Positions 22,100-32,012 are shown, counted from the stretch's first letter. The stretch is DNA of 54,635 nucleotides from an uncultured delta proteobacterium (GCA_963733195.1 CAVTCR010000042.1:1-54635); one strand, 5' to 3'. Made by a program: numbers and translations. The notes: generated by a model not told the origin, from the letters alone.

Positions 22100-22680
22100 G
22101 ACAGATAAGGGAACGAACAATTCCTTGAATTCTTGTCACGATCGACAGTTAAACGTGCAGCCGGCTTTGCGGAGACGTGCCAGCTTCTCCATCAGCTTCA
22201 TATCAAGCGGCTGAAAGCACTGTTCCCCAAACTGCTGACACGGCGGCTCTGGCAACCGCTTTTTCCAATCAACTTTAAGCTCACGTCCTGAGGAAAATCA
22301 AGCCACTGACATACTCGTCATCACGCCACTCTCGTTTACAGAAATAGGCATTCAACGAAGCGAGTGATAAGCCAAGGTTCCGCTGTTTTGTCCAATCACT
22401 GTCCGCACAAGGTTGGCACTAAGAGATCGAAGGCGGTAATCATAAATCTCATCGACATTCGCTTGACCACAAACGATATGCAAAGGTCTCCTACCAACAA
22501 ATCCAAGAACTGAGCAACTACGCCCTCTAGCTGTCTCGATCCGGATAGTCTTCAATGACCCTGCCGTTCTCTGACAGCTTGTTCGATAACATCAGGTCTA
22601 TCCTAAGTCGGCGAAGCTTTTCAGTTTCAGTAAGAAGTTTTCTAGCTTTCTTGAACGAATCCTTCTCTTTAATCATTCGA
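22100..22680 (-). pseudogene. degraded DUF4258 toxin / YgiT-type zinc-finger pair
   Basis: GRSCSVLGFVGRRPLHIVCG (DUF4258-like), followed by CQQFGEQCF...MEKL (YgiT-like). Very noisy sequence. Confidence 0.45.
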
Positions 22681-22682
22681 TC

Positions 22683-25600
22683 TCACTCAATTCCTCCAAT
22701 CAGCGTCTTCGCCTCTTGCAAATCTTTGGTGTCAAATCCTTCGGTGAACCAATTGTAGATCTCAGACAACAGCTTGTGAGCTTCTTCGTCTTGCCTTGTT
22801 GTTGCCAGAGGCGGGCGAGGCTCGTGGCGGCACGGAGTTCGAGTGACTTCGCCTGTTGGCGACGAGCAATTTCGATGGCCTTGTGGAAACACGCTTCGGC
22901 TTCGCCTTGGGGGTCGGGGATCAGGGGTCGGGGATCGGTATCTTTCGACTTGGACTCTGACTTTGACCTTGGACTTTTTTCAACTTGACTTGAACTTGAA
23001 CCTTGAACTGTTGCAGCATAAGCGTTCCCTTGAGCCGATACAGCTCTGCCTCGTAGAAACGCTCCCCAGTTTTGTCCACCATAGCCAGCGCCTCGGCCAG
23101 CACCTCAACCCTTCTTCGGCCTGTCCTACTTTTCTATAGCCTCGGCCAGCAAAGCAAGAAAATACGGCCGCCACAGCTCTGCCCCTGTAGCCCGATAGGC
23201 GGCCAGCCCCTGGTGTATCTGCGCAATCCCTTCCTCTCCTTGTCCTTGCTCCACCAATGCCCAGCCCCTTATGGATAGTTCCCCAGGCCACCCAGAGCGG
23301 AAACCCCTGCTCGGTCGCGAGTACACATCAGCGCCTCTGCCTGCTCTTGTGTGGCCTGCCCCTCCCGGCGGAGCTGGTGGAGCATGGCAGCAAAGCCAAG
23401 GCATAAGCCAGGCTAAAGGGGTGAGACAGCTCCTGGGCAAGGCTGAGCGCTCCTGGCTTCTCTTCAGGGCTTGGTCTGGATAGCCAAGAAACCATAGGGT
23501 CAAGGCCGCATAGGAAGGCAATCCACCCCCGGGTCCAGCCGCTAGCCAGAGGATGAGCGGGTGCTGCTGGGGATCATAGAGGGCAATCGCCCTGCTCCAA
23601 GTGCTCCCGGGCCGGGACAAACTCTCCCAGGTAGTACAACGTCTACCCTAGCACATTGTGGGCTCCAGAGGAGACGTCGGGTCTTGCACGCTCTGGGCCA
23701 GGCGAAGAGCTGCTCCCCCAGCTCACGTGCTGTCTGTACTCCGCCCGCACGGAATAAAATGCCCAGAGTCCACACAGCACAGGGAAGAGCTGAGGAGTCT
23801 CTCCTATCTGCTGGCACAGCTCTCGCGCCCGGGTATAGACTTTTTCCACCTCTGGGGCCGCATAGCCTTTGGTAGCCATCAATGCAGCACCCAGGGCGAG
23901 TTGTAGGGTGAGTTCTTGCTGGGTGCGTTCAGGAGTGTCCGGCAGGGTCTTGAGCAACTCCAGTCCTTTGGTGAGGTGATCGATCGCTTCCACATTGGCC
24001 GAACGCTGAGCTGGCTCGCTCCCCTGCCTGCTGCCAATAGGGAATAGCCTGCTCTATCAGCTCAGCCTCGGTGTAGTGATGCGCAACTAACTCGGGTTGG
24101 GTTTCGACGGTCTGCGGAAATTGCGCCTCCAGCGTTGTCGCTATCTGTCGGTGATATTGTTGACGTTTACTCTTGAGTAAGGACTGATAGGCCGTGTCCT
24201 GAATGAGGGCGTGTTTGAACAGATAGCGAGCTTGAGGAGGGATGCCACTCTGATAGACGAGTTCCGATTCGACTAATTGCTGTAGTCCTCGCTGCAATGT
24301 TTCCTCATTCAGCGGAGAGACCGCTTGGAGTAGGTCATAGTTGAATTCACGTCCGATCGTAGCGCCTAGCTGCGCGATTTCTTTAGTTGGCCCGAGACGA
24401 TCAAGCCGCGCCATGAGCGAATCTTGTAAGCGTTGCGGGAATCCCCAGCGGTATGGACGCCGCGGCATGCTGCCAGACCAAGACTCTATGGATTACAGAC
24501 TCCAAAGTTTTCGTTAATTCTTCAATAAACAGCGGCACGCCGTCAGTCTTACTCACAATCTGTTGTATGACTTCTTGTGGCAGTGTCTTACCACCTGTCA
24601 CCTTCTCCACCATTATTTCTACGTGGCTTCGCCCCAGACGACTCAAAGTGAGCTGACTGAGATAGGAATGTGCGCCCCACGGCGGCGTAAATTCAGGTCG
24701 AAACGTTAGTACCACCAATATCCGCTTCGTCGGTACTTGAGCCAGAAACAGAGTGAGCAGTTCTAAGGTAGACGGATCGGCCCAGTGCAGGTCTTCCCAT
24801 GCGTATATTACTGGATGTTCCCTGGCTTCTGCACTGAGCCAGGCAACGAGAGTCTCGTGGGTTTTCTCTTTTTGTTTCTGGGGACTCAAAGTGAGTACGG
24901 GGTACCCTTCTGGCTGAGGCACCGACAACAACGCGGCCAGCAGCGGTATCGCCTCTAACAGTAGGGGCACAGCACGCCGTGCCCCTACTTCGAGCTTACG
25001 CAGGTTCTCTTCGGGGTTATCCTCGCTCTGAAATCCCAGCACTCGCTGTACGTGCTCAATCACCGGCGAGAGCGCACTGTTTTGTGCATACGGTGAGCAG
25101 CGCAACTCCAAACACGGCGAACCTTCGAGCGCAACCGATGCTTTGAGCGCTTCAACGAGTCGCGATTTGCCAATGCCTGGCTCACCGCTGAGGAGAACAA
25201 CCTGTCCTTCTCCCTCTTTCACCCGCGCCCAACGCTCTTGTAAAAGTCCATACTCATGGTCGCGACCAATGAGTGGTGTCAGCCCTTTGCGTACCACTAC
25301 TTGAAATCGACTCTGGGCTTCACTCTCCTTACCTACGCGATAAAGCGTTAGTGGCGTCGAGACTCCTTTGAGTTCAGGCTGTCCACGATTCTCACAAGTA
25401 AACAACCCCTCGACCAGGCGATATGTCGCTGCACTGATCATGACTTCGTCAGGGTTGGCTTGCCCTTGTATTCGTGCAGCAATGTTCGGTGTCTCGCCTA
25501 GCGCCAGCATCTCGCGCTTCTCGCTATTGCCGATCTCACCAATTACCACTAACCCGGTGTGAATGCCGATGCGGAGTTGTAGTGGTTTTCCCTTCTTCCC

Positions 25601-26157
25601 CTCACCCTGTCCTCCTGTGACTACGCGCAGGACAGGCTCTCCCACAAGGGGAGAGGGGACCTGCTTTTGTATGGCAGTGATTATTTCCAACCCCGCGCGC
25701 ACGGCCCGCACGGCATCATTTTCATGCGCCACGGGATAGCCGAAGTACACGAGCAGTCCATCACCCAGATACTGCGCGATATAACCGCTAAAGCGTTCGA
25801 TAATCGTCGCGCTCGTCTGTTGATAAGCACGTACCACCTCGCGGTATTCTTCCGGATCGAGTTGTTCAGAGAGTACGGTGGAGCCTACAAGATCACAGAA
25901 CATCACAGTGAGTTGACGGCGTTCGCCGGCACTCGGGGTGCTAGGTGTTGGGTGCTGGGGGTTAGGGAATGAGGGCTGGGAACTGACAACTGACAACTGA
26001 GAGCTGACAACTAGAGATACGCCGCACTCGCCGCAAAACTTGAATCGTGGCGGATTCTCTGCGCCGCAATTGGCACAGCGGTGCACAGCGGACTTCCACA
26101 CTCGCCACAGAATTTCTGTCCTTCAGAGCTATCGGAGCCACAATTCGCGCAGCGCAT
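22683..26157 (-). CDS. double zinc ribbon + class III nucleotidyl cyclase + AAA ATPase + TPR protein (frameshifted)
   Basis: CANCG/FCGECG repeats, [38 protein letters not shown], Walker [32 protein letters not shown], and C-terminal [11 protein letters not shown]. Confidence 0.9.
24961..24988. repeat. GTAG REP palindrome in frame inside the cyclase gene
   Basis: GTAGGGGCAC-AGCACGCC-GTGCCCCTAC, translated as VGARRAVPL. Confidence 0.75.
25597..25659. repeat. composite REP-like palindrome in frame inside the cyclase domain
   Basis: cccctcaccctgtcctc[ctgtgactacgcgcaggacagg]ctctcccacaaggggagagggga, translated as [20 protein letters not shown]. Confidence 0.65.
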
Positions 26158-26166
26158 ACGAGGTTC

Positions 26167-26571
26167 TTACCTTGGCGGAAATACGCCCTCAAGTACAAGC
26201 ATCCGCCGCAGCCGTATTCGATAGGGCAAATTCACTGCAAGAACATCGACCGTTACCCGACCAACTGGCGTGCGCCCATGCAACTCGGCACCTTGCCATT
26301 CGAAATGTTCCTCCCACTTATCTTGGCGGGGATGGAATAGTCGCACTACTTCACCGGTCTCAGGATCTACCCCGGCAACATTCGGCCCTTTATGGTTGTT
26401 ACACGAATAACACGCAAGCGCGAGGTTATGGAGTTCATCAGTCCCGTGATGCTTGCGAGCAATAATATGATCAATTTGGAAGGTCAGTAGATCGTATTGT
26501 TGTGGCATCTGGCAGTATTCGCAAATCGATGCTGCCCGCTGCCACACTTGATGAACGAGCGATTGTTCCAT
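26167..26571 (-). CDS. HNH endonuclease
   Basis: CEYC...IDHII...NLALACYSCNNHKG, LFHPRQDKWEEHF. Confidence 0.9.
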   Translation of the reverse strand: MEQSLVHQVWQRAASICEYCQMPQQYDLLTFQIDHIIARKHHGTDELHNLALACYSCNNHKGPNVAGVDPETGEVVRLFHPRQDKWEEHFEWQGAELHGRTPVGRVTVDVLAVNLPYRIRLRRMLVLEGVFPPR

Positions 26572-26578
26572 TCATTAT

Positions 26579-26860
26579 TCAGGTACTGGGGCTTCGTTGT
26601 TTGAGGGACATTCGCGCCTTTGATCGGAGTAACGACAAAAAATGACCTACTCGCTCGTAGCAATCCATCTCGGACTGTTCTTCCTCGGTCAGGACGCCTG
26701 CACGGGCTTTCTCAGCCAACAGTTCCATACGTTCACGGTCTTCTTTCGTGAAATCGAACGAGAGAATGATTCTGGCAGTTTCAGGAGGAAATGTCGGTTC
26801 TTCCGGAGCGATAACCCGAGAGAGAATTTCAGCCTCATTAGTGGTTGCCTCAGCATTCAT
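26579..26860 (-). CDS. helical hypothetical protein, partner of the HNH (antitoxin-like)
   Basis: 93 aa with RMELLAEKARAGVLTEEEQSEMDCYE; ends 7 bp upstream of the HNH start. Confidence 0.75.
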   Translation of the reverse strand: MNAEATTNEAEILSRVIAPEEPTFPPETARIILSFDFTKEDRERMELLAEKARAGVLTEEEQSEMDCYERVGHFLSLLRSKARMSLKQRSPST

Positions 26861-26879
26861 AAAAGCACCATATCACCCT

Positions 26880-28127
26880 TTAATCCGATTTTTCAGTCTC
26901 TTCCCCATTCGCAGTCTCAAGAGCAGCTTCTTCGCTGTAGTTCTGCTCCAAAGTCGTCGCCGTCAATTCCACCGTATAATTGGGATCAAGGCGTTTGAGG
27001 TCCCATTCGGTGATCCAGCGTTTCACGTACTCGCGCATGCTAGTGATCCCCAACCGTTCCACAGTGAGTGGCGGAGGTTGCCAATTGTATGCTTCAGCAT
27101 GGATCTGGCGAATTTTCTCACAGGTTTGCTGGATCGTTTGGGTGTCGGGTGTTTTGAGACGGGCTTTGTCTCGGTTAATTACTCGCATGCCCCGATCGGC
27201 GTGTTTCGCAAGGTCCTCTCTGCCTTTCTCTCGCAGCCTTTGTGGGAGGGCTTCGAGATCATGCTTTTCTTCCAGAATGTAACTCTCAAAGTTCGACATA
27301 ATGGCAAAGACAGTGGTCAACCCTGGAGCCTGTTGCTCTGGCATCTTGCCCATCCACCGTAGCAGGTCGGCATACGACCGCGCACGTTGTAGCCAGGAGT
27401 AACGGCCAATTAGTTCCAGTTCATCGACGAGCAGTACCCATCCTGCGTAGCCTGCCGCAACAATCAAGCGCGGGACGAACATGAAACGCTGCAGTGCCAT
27501 GTCTTTATGAGTGATGGTTTCGATCTTATAGGTTGCACGCTCACCGCACGATTTCAGATGTCTGCGCAGTTCGTCAGCTTCGAGCGAACCGCCAGACCAA
27601 AACGAGACCAGACGATTGCGCAGTTCCATATCCATGCCCAAGCGCTTAAACAAAAACAGTGTGGCTGCGAACCGGGAGTTCATCCCAGAGCCGGGATTAT
27701 GTACCCAGGCGTTGAGTTCGTTGTACGTCTCACTCGTCGTATCTAAGTGCGCTGCCACTTCAGCTAACGCAGCGCCACGCTTCCCTGGCGCTATGGCCGA
27801 GCGCATCGCCGCACGATAGAATTTCACGGGATCGTAGAGTGGCGTCTCCTTACTAATCACCACGCGGCTACAGACAAAACGTTCTTCAAGTGCGACATGT
27901 TGTAGATATTCCAATAGATGCGATTTCCCTGCGCCAAAGTCACCAGCAATGAGCATTCCTGCGGCTTGTTCTCCTATTTTCGCGCCTTCTTTTGCCGCTT
28001 GGAGCTGTGCACGAAACTGTTCCTCAATCGCCAGTTGTTCACAGCCCAACGCTTGCACCGCATCGCGGCTGGGCACACCCGCACGGAGAGCCTCAATGGC
28101 ACGACGGCTGACAATCTGGTCGCTCAT
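26880..28127 (-). CDS. DUF2791 / BrxD-like P-loop ATPase
   Basis: RRAIEALRAGVP N-terminus, Walker A GDFGAGKSH, ISKETPL, AGYAGWVLLVDELE Walker B. Confidence 0.85.
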   Translation of the reverse strand: MSDQIVSRRAIEALRAGVPSRDAVQALGCEQLAIEEQFRAQLQAAKEGAKIGEQAAGMLIAGDFGAGKSHLLEYLQHVALEERFVCSRVVISKETPLYDPVKFYRAAMRSAIAPGKRGAALAEVAAHLDTTSETYNELNAWVHNPGSGMNSRFAATLFLFKRLGMDMELRNRLVSFWSGGSLEADELRRHLKSCGERATYKIETITHKDMALQRFMFVPRLIVAAGYAGWVLLVDELELIGRYSWLQRARSYADLLRWMGKMPEQQAPGLTTVFAIMSNFESYILEEKHDLEALPQRLREKGREDLAKHADRGMRVINRDKARLKTPDTQTIQQTCEKIRQIHAEAYNWQPPPLTVERLGITSMREYVKRWITEWDLKRLDPNYTVELTATTLEQNYSEEAALETANGEETEKSD

Positions 28128-29128
28128 GTTGCTGACTCCTGCACCGGTCGGACATTAGGCCCCGCACTCGACGAGAGGCGAAGTAACGTAGAAAACGGAT
28201 TCACACGCTGTTTATCATAGATCTCATCCCAGATACGCATGCGTAGCGCATCGTAGCTGTAGACCCCACGGCGCTCGTCAGGATGCAAAAACGCAGGTGG
28301 CGCAACGACGACCAAGAAGCAAAATTCCAGCTCATCAGTCGCATCGATAAACTGGCGTAAGACTTCGTAGGTGTCCAACGTCATCGCCAGGGTGTAATAG
28401 CGACTGTCATCCTGCTGTTCTTTGGCTCTCGGGCGCTGTACCAAACAACGAGAGAGATCAAGCATCAATACCAGGCCACTTTTGCCAGCAAGATGCAGCC
28501 AATATGAAAGGGACGAGAGCAGGTGGCGCGCATTGTCACGCGCCACTTTCTGAAAAATCAGTGCTGGCTTGAGCTCCACCAAGCGGCGCAAGCGACCGGA
28601 TAGCCATTCCTTGATCACTTCGGCAGGCACAGGACTCACACCATCACCACCAAACTGCGCTTGGCACAGGCGAATCATAGCCAAGCGAAATTCCTGGTTC
28701 ATACGGTAATCGTGCAGGAGACGCTTTTCGGGCAGGGCGAGCAACTCCTGTTGCAGCAGTCGTGCATCGCGTTGATTCAGGGTAGCGAGTTTTTGCAAAG
28801 TGAAATCAAAACGGTCGGATGGAAGAGTCAGGCCTTGCTCGCTCAGTATACGAGAGACAAAGGAGAACGACAGCTCATCCCAATCAATCTGCTGGGCGAT
28901 CTCGTGGAACACATGGTCAATCATATAGACGCGAGTTGTAGCGGCATCGACCCAAGTAAACTGATAGCCTTCGGCTTCGGCAACGCCGCGCAGTCCTTGT
29001 CTCAGGCCGGCATGATTAATCTCTTCCGTCGGCACAATGAACTTCACTGCCGCACCACCGCCACGAATAAAACTTTGTAAATATTCGCGCTGGGCGATAG
29101 CCAGCCACTCGGCGGGACGGATGAACAT
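28124..29128 (-). CDS. DUF2791 / BrxD-like protein with degenerate Walker motifs
   Basis: GGAGG RBS and ATG at 29128. GGGAAVKF leader, WLSG, AGKSGLVLMLD, EVLRQFID, GVYSYDALRMRI. No GxxGxGK. Stop overlaps the next ATG (ATGA). Confidence 0.75.
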   Translation of the reverse strand: MFIRPAEWLAIAQREYLQSFIRGGGAAVKFIVPTEEINHAGLRQGLRGVAEAEGYQFTWVDAATTRVYMIDHVFHEIAQQIDWDELSFSFVSRILSEQGLTLPSDRFDFTLQKLATLNQRDARLLQQELLALPEKRLLHDYRMNQEFRLAMIRLCQAQFGGDGVSPVPAEVIKEWLSGRLRRLVELKPALIFQKVARDNARHLLSSLSYWLHLAGKSGLVLMLDLSRCLVQRPRAKEQQDDSRYYTLAMTLDTYEVLRQFIDATDELEFCFLVVVAPPAFLHPDERRGVYSYDALRMRIWDEIYDKQRVNPFSTLLRLSSSAGPNVRPVQESAT

Positions 29129-29180
29129 GGATGAGCCTCCTAAAATGAAACTCATAATATTGGGACCTGCGAGCAACAGT

Positions 29181-29280
29181 CCCGCTCGTGCTGAGCGTAG
29201 CCTGAAAGGCGGAGTCGAAGCATATACTGCTCTATGGGCGTTGTCCCTCGACTTCGCTGCGCTACGCTCAGGATGAACGA
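29181..29280. repeat. inverted REP-like pair
   Basis: cgtgctgagcgtagc...agtcgaag versus ctcgactt...gctacgctcaggatg. Confidence 0.65.
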
Positions 29281-29292
29281 AGGTCCTTCTCG

Positions 29293-30129
29293 TCAAGCAT
29301 GAGAGCGGATCTGCCAGCCTCTTGGATCAGTCCTCACCCACGCAAACGAAATCCCATAGTAGGTCTTCGCCCGACCGTCTTTTGTCACAAGATGAATGAC
29401 TTTACTCGCTGCCTCATTACCCCTGGCAGGATGAAAACTCACCACTGCACCATCCCGCGCAGATGAGACGCCACTCTGATCCAGCAAGTACAGATCGCGA
29501 GCGAATTCCTGGCGTGCATACTCCTTGGCTTGTCCTGGCAGTAGCGTGAGGAGATTGTAGATTTCTACCAGCGGGATAATCGTCGCTGAGTCACGGCGGT
29601 CCTTGTCGCGGGTCTTCACTGCCGTGGAATACGCCTCATACAACGACTCCAGAAATGCTTCGGATTTGAAGCGCACCGGTTTATTTTGCAGCTCTTGCAG
29701 ATGGGACACTAACACCGATGGACGCAGCCGTCGTTCTCTCGTCTTGTCGATCGCCACCGACCGGTCGTTCGGCAGGACACGGATGAGCGACGGATAACAG
29801 TACAGTCGTTCATCGCGTTCATAAATGTGCACGCCAGCATTCGAGGCTGTCGCCAGCACCTCTGCAACAAATGAGCCGTCAGACAAGTAGACTTCCTCAT
29901 CAAAGCGCCAACCGCTTTTCGCAGTAGTGAATTGTTGCTCTAGCTCAGTAATTGTTTGCCCCGCAGTTTCAATGGCGCGGCGCAGTTCGCGCAGGCTTCC
30001 CGCTTGGGCAGCAGCACGGAATTTTTTGAGCGCCCGAAGCGCAGCAGTCGCAGCTTTACATGCAGCGTCAGCATCAGCCTCGGTCTTGCTCAACGCTTGC
30101 TCGAGAGTACCGTTGTTATTGGTGGCCAT
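29293..30129 (-). CDS. hypothetical protein (N-terminal coiled coil, possible C-terminal winged helix)
   Basis: Intact 278-aa ORF with an Ala-rich heptad N-terminus, RERRLRPS, and IPLVEIYNLLTLLP..YARQEFARDLYLL. First gene of the ATPase operon. Confidence 0.8.
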   Translation of the reverse strand: MATNNNGTLEQALSKTEADADAACKAATAALRALKKFRAAAQAGSLRELRRAIETAGQTITELEQQFTTAKSGWRFDEEVYLSDGSFVAEVLATASNAGVHIYERDERLYCYPSLIRVLPNDRSVAIDKTRERRLRPSVLVSHLQELQNKPVRFKSEAFLESLYEAYSTAVKTRDKDRRDSATIIPLVEIYNLLTLLPGQAKEYARQEFARDLYLLDQSGVSSARDGAVVSFHPARGNEAASKVIHLVTKDGRAKTYYGISFAWVRTDPRGWQIRSHA

Positions 30130-30306
30130 TTTTCTTCATTCACCTCTTCGCTGGTTAATGTCTTGCGAGCATCAAGTCCCCTTAGCGAATTTTCATCTCT
30201 CGCGTCAGTACCAAGCGGCGATTATTTTGCCGGGTCGTACAGTTTGTCAATCGGCTTGCTCTGGCCATCATTCTTCGCCACAGTGCGTTGGCGGGAGGCA
30301 TCAGGC

Positions 30307-31086
30307 ATGAAAAGATTTCTCAGTACGCTATTGGCAGTGCTACTCTGGACAGGCGCAGGCAAGGCCCATGACATCAACAAACAGAAAGTGATTGACCTGA
30401 CCTACTCGTTTGATGAGCACACAATCTATTGGCCAACAGCCAAACCGTTTCAGTTGGAAATTGTTTCAGCTGCAAAGACTGCTGGTGGGTTTTGGTATGC
30501 AGCCAACAACGCGTGCTTTGCTGAGCATGGCGGAACTCACATGGACGCACCGATTCATTTTTCCGAAGGCAAACATGCGGCGGATGAGGTTCCAGTCCAG
30601 CAGTTGATCGGTCCGGCGGCAGTGATTGATATCCGAGCACAGGCAGCAAAAGACGCCGACTATCGTCTCACTGTTGATGATCTCAAAGCGTGGGAGAAGA
30701 AGTATGGTCGTCTCCCGAAAGGCGCAATCGTGCTGATGTTCAGTGGGTGGGGTGAACGCTGGCCAGATAAGAAACGCTTCCTCGGTACTGACAAAGCTGG
30801 AGATGTCGAGAATCTGCACTTCCCCGGCTTCTCGCGTGAAGCTGCCGAGTTTCTCGTCTCACAACGAGAGATTGATGCGATCGGTGTAGACACACCAAGT
30901 ATTGATTATGGCCAGTCTAAAGACTTTATCGTTCACCAGATCATCAACGGCGCAAACAAGCCAGGGCTTGAGAATGTCGCTAGCTTAGAAAAACTGCCCG
31001 CGAAGGGCACCACTCTTATCGCGCTACCGATGAAGATTGCCAAAGGTTCAGGCGGACCAGCGCGGATTATTGCGATACTACCGTAG
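30307..31086 (+). CDS. cyclase family (kynurenine formamidase-like) metal hydrolase with signal peptide
   Basis: EHGGTHMDAPIHF, FPGFS, GVDTPSID, GLENVA, GSGGPAR. Confidence 0.9.
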   Translation: MKRFLSTLLAVLLWTGAGKAHDINKQKVIDLTYSFDEHTIYWPTAKPFQLEIVSAAKTAGGFWYAANNACFAEHGGTHMDAPIHFSEGKHAADEVPVQQLIGPAAVIDIRAQAAKDADYRLTVDDLKAWEKKYGRLPKGAIVLMFSGWGERWPDKKRFLGTDKAGDVENLHFPGFSREAAEFLVSQREIDAIGVDTPSIDYGQSKDFIVHQIINGANKPGLENVASLEKLPAKGTTLIALPMKIAKGSGGPARIIAILP

Positions 31087-31255
31087 GTTAAAGTTAATCA
31101 GCTCCTGGATACAGGAATCGCAAGGTGAAAAGGGGCAAAGGGTAAAAGGCGAAATGGATAAAAAAGAAAATGTGAGTCTGTCCTTTCGCTGTTTCCTTTT
31201 TTTGACTCTAGACTCCTAGACTCCTAGACTATTTCCTTCACCCGTTTCGCCCTGG

Positions 31256-31528
31256 TTATGGCATAGTGCTCAGTCGTTCGCGCAACTCTTCAAGTCTCTG
31301 TCGGATGGCAAGAATCCGCTCTTCGATGTCGTGATGTTTCTCACGAATGAAAGACAGCCGTCGGTTGAGGTCAGCAGCTCGGTCTGACCCTAACTCGTTG
31401 TCGTGCTCCTGAATCTCGTCCTCCATCAGCTCAATTCCTCGCCCCATTTTGAGCGCTTCGACCATCCAGAAGCGGTATTCTTCTTCGAGCGCCTTTAGCA
31501 CGGATTCCATCTCGGCTCGTGGGCTCAT
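31256..31528 (-). CDS. small coiled-coil hypothetical protein
   Basis: GGAGG RBS; 90-aa charged helical ORF. Confidence 0.65.
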   Translation of the reverse strand: MSPRAEMESVLKALEEEYRFWMVEALKMGRGIELMEDEIQEHDNELGSDRAADLNRRLSFIREKHHDIEERILAIRQRLEELRERLSTMP

Positions 31529-31655
31529 TATGCCTCCGGTCTTACGTTCTTATCTTTACGAGTAGCAGACTCTCGTGACCGAGGTCCAGCGTCGCGGCTT
31601 GCACGTTACCTATGGCGCGGTGCGTATCTCGTACATCTGAGGACGGATGAGTACT

Positions 31656-32012
31656 CTATTCCTTAAAATCGTGCAGCCAGATGATTTGGTTGCGTACCTC
31701 CTTCGCGGTGTAGCGGCTCAGGTAGCGGAGAGTCCTGCGCAATAGCTCTCGCAAGGGGACTTGATTGGAGACGATGATACCATAGTGCTCTTTCCCTTGG
31801 GTTTGGTATTTTCGGTCAAGAAGCAGATAGTCACGAATGTTATGGGTGAACACGGCTCGTCCCTGGCTTACCGCATACGACAACTGCTCCGGATCACTCT
31901 TCCCTACACGATTGACCTCCAATACGTGGACGGCGTCATATCCACGTTGGCGCAAGATTGCCGCTAGCAGGGGTCGGACATCTTCATCCAAGAACAACTT
32001 GGTTTGAGCCAT
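31656..32012 (-). CDS. DUF5615 PIN-like (VapC45-type) toxin
   Basis: LFLDEDV, GYDAVHV, GKSDPEQL, FTHNIRDY, HYGII. Confidence 0.85.
   Translation of the reverse strand: MAQTKLFLDEDVRPLLAAILRQRGYDAVHVLEVNRVGKSDPEQLSYAVSQGRAVFTHNIRDYLLLDRKYQTQGKEHYGIIVSNQVPLRELLRRTLRYLSRYTAKEVRNQIIWLHDFKE

Noticed and set aside
26880-29128. Calling the locus a BREX or Shango system
   Set aside because: No PglZ, PglX, BrxC, BrxL or TerB-domain gene in the window, and the helicase is an SNF2-Mrr fusion.
29129-29296. N-terminal extension of the upstream ATPase-like ORF
   Set aside because: It translates the REP pair; a strong RBS supports the start at 29128.
29956-30306. N-terminal extension of the cyclase-family ORF
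   Set aside because: It overlaps the divergent 278-aa gene; the signal peptide begins at 30307.
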